DNA from: Anthoceros angustus
Lineage: Eukaryota; Plantae; Anthocerotophyta
Direction of reading: 5' to 3'
DNA: 64,000 bases
Assembly (NCBI GenBank): GCA_010909165.1
Contig: MU008160.1
Coordinates: forward strand, 248,001-312,000
Positions within the stretch are counted from its first letter, which is position 1; every line of letters begins with the position of its first letter. Both the position numbers and the translations under genes were made by a program. Below are positions 63,488-64,000 of this stretch, piece after piece. The notes below the pieces were generated by a model. That model searched no databases. It worked only from the letters and a program-made list of their open reading frames with translations, and was not told the origin of the DNA.

Positions 63488-64000
63488 CCACGGCTACGCA
63501 TGGACACATAATTTAAAAAAAAATTAAACTTTGCACGTCATGTGCTGCTCCTCGCTGCCCCTGACGATAACACCCTCCACCCTCCGCGGTGCCCCCGCTC
63601 TATACCTAGTCTGGCATATGGAACCTCCCGCTCCACCGATTCCCCAGACTATGCAGCATACGTCTCGAAGACCTCTGTGGCTAGGCTGTGTTGAGCTCTG
63701 CTCCCAGACGCAGACGGAGACGCAAAATGCTTCTGCCTGTTCTCATGTGGCAGACTCCACTGCCCTCTTTTGAAAACACCAGAAACCAGAGCTTTCACAA
63801 TGAGACTGCCACCAAACATGGGTCACAGGATCACGCGACAACTAAGTGTTGATGCTACCAAAAAGAAGCTGATGTACACCCCTACATCGATGCTGGCTGA
63901 TAAGCGCAAGCTTCTGAGCTCGTTGCTAAAGATATGAACCCTATCATGAGACTAGTGCATGTGCAGAGGCACCTTGTCTTGCAAAAGGTTGCTTCCCAGT

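Noticed and set aside
63618-64000. Possible start of a plus-strand gene (MRLPPNMGHR...)
   Set aside because: No recognisable domain; the frame is disrupted and truncated by the window end.

Overview
Eukaryotic land-plant nuclear DNA; the short GT-AG introns and compact genes suggest an early-diverging, compact-genome lineage such as a lycophyte or bryophyte (inference). Bases 1 to ~39.5 kb are a nested transposon block. It holds a CACTA/En-Spm element (terminus at 9446, minus-strand TnpD-type transposase), a second CACTA end at 31744 with GTTGTAAA subterminal arrays and a candidate TnpA-like ORF, a decayed Ty1/copia element, and many tandem and inverted repeats. The main finding is a SET-domain (lysine methyltransferase-like) exon inside the CACTA transposase locus, joined in frame to the transposase N-terminal exon by canonical splice sites. 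A second chromatin enzyme, an intronless Haspin-like kinase, lies beside CACTA-type subterminal repeats at ~50 kb. From ~40 to 64 kb is a gene island: G-protein gamma subunit, DUF1350 hydrolase-like, DUF971/GBBH-like, PAN/Apple-domain protein, OST3/6 and tRNA-Gly(GCC), several of them in near-identical duplicates. The sequence has many 1-nt indels, microhomology chimeras and looped perfect repeats, so frameshifts, copy numbers and some adjacencies may be assembly or read-correction artefacts.
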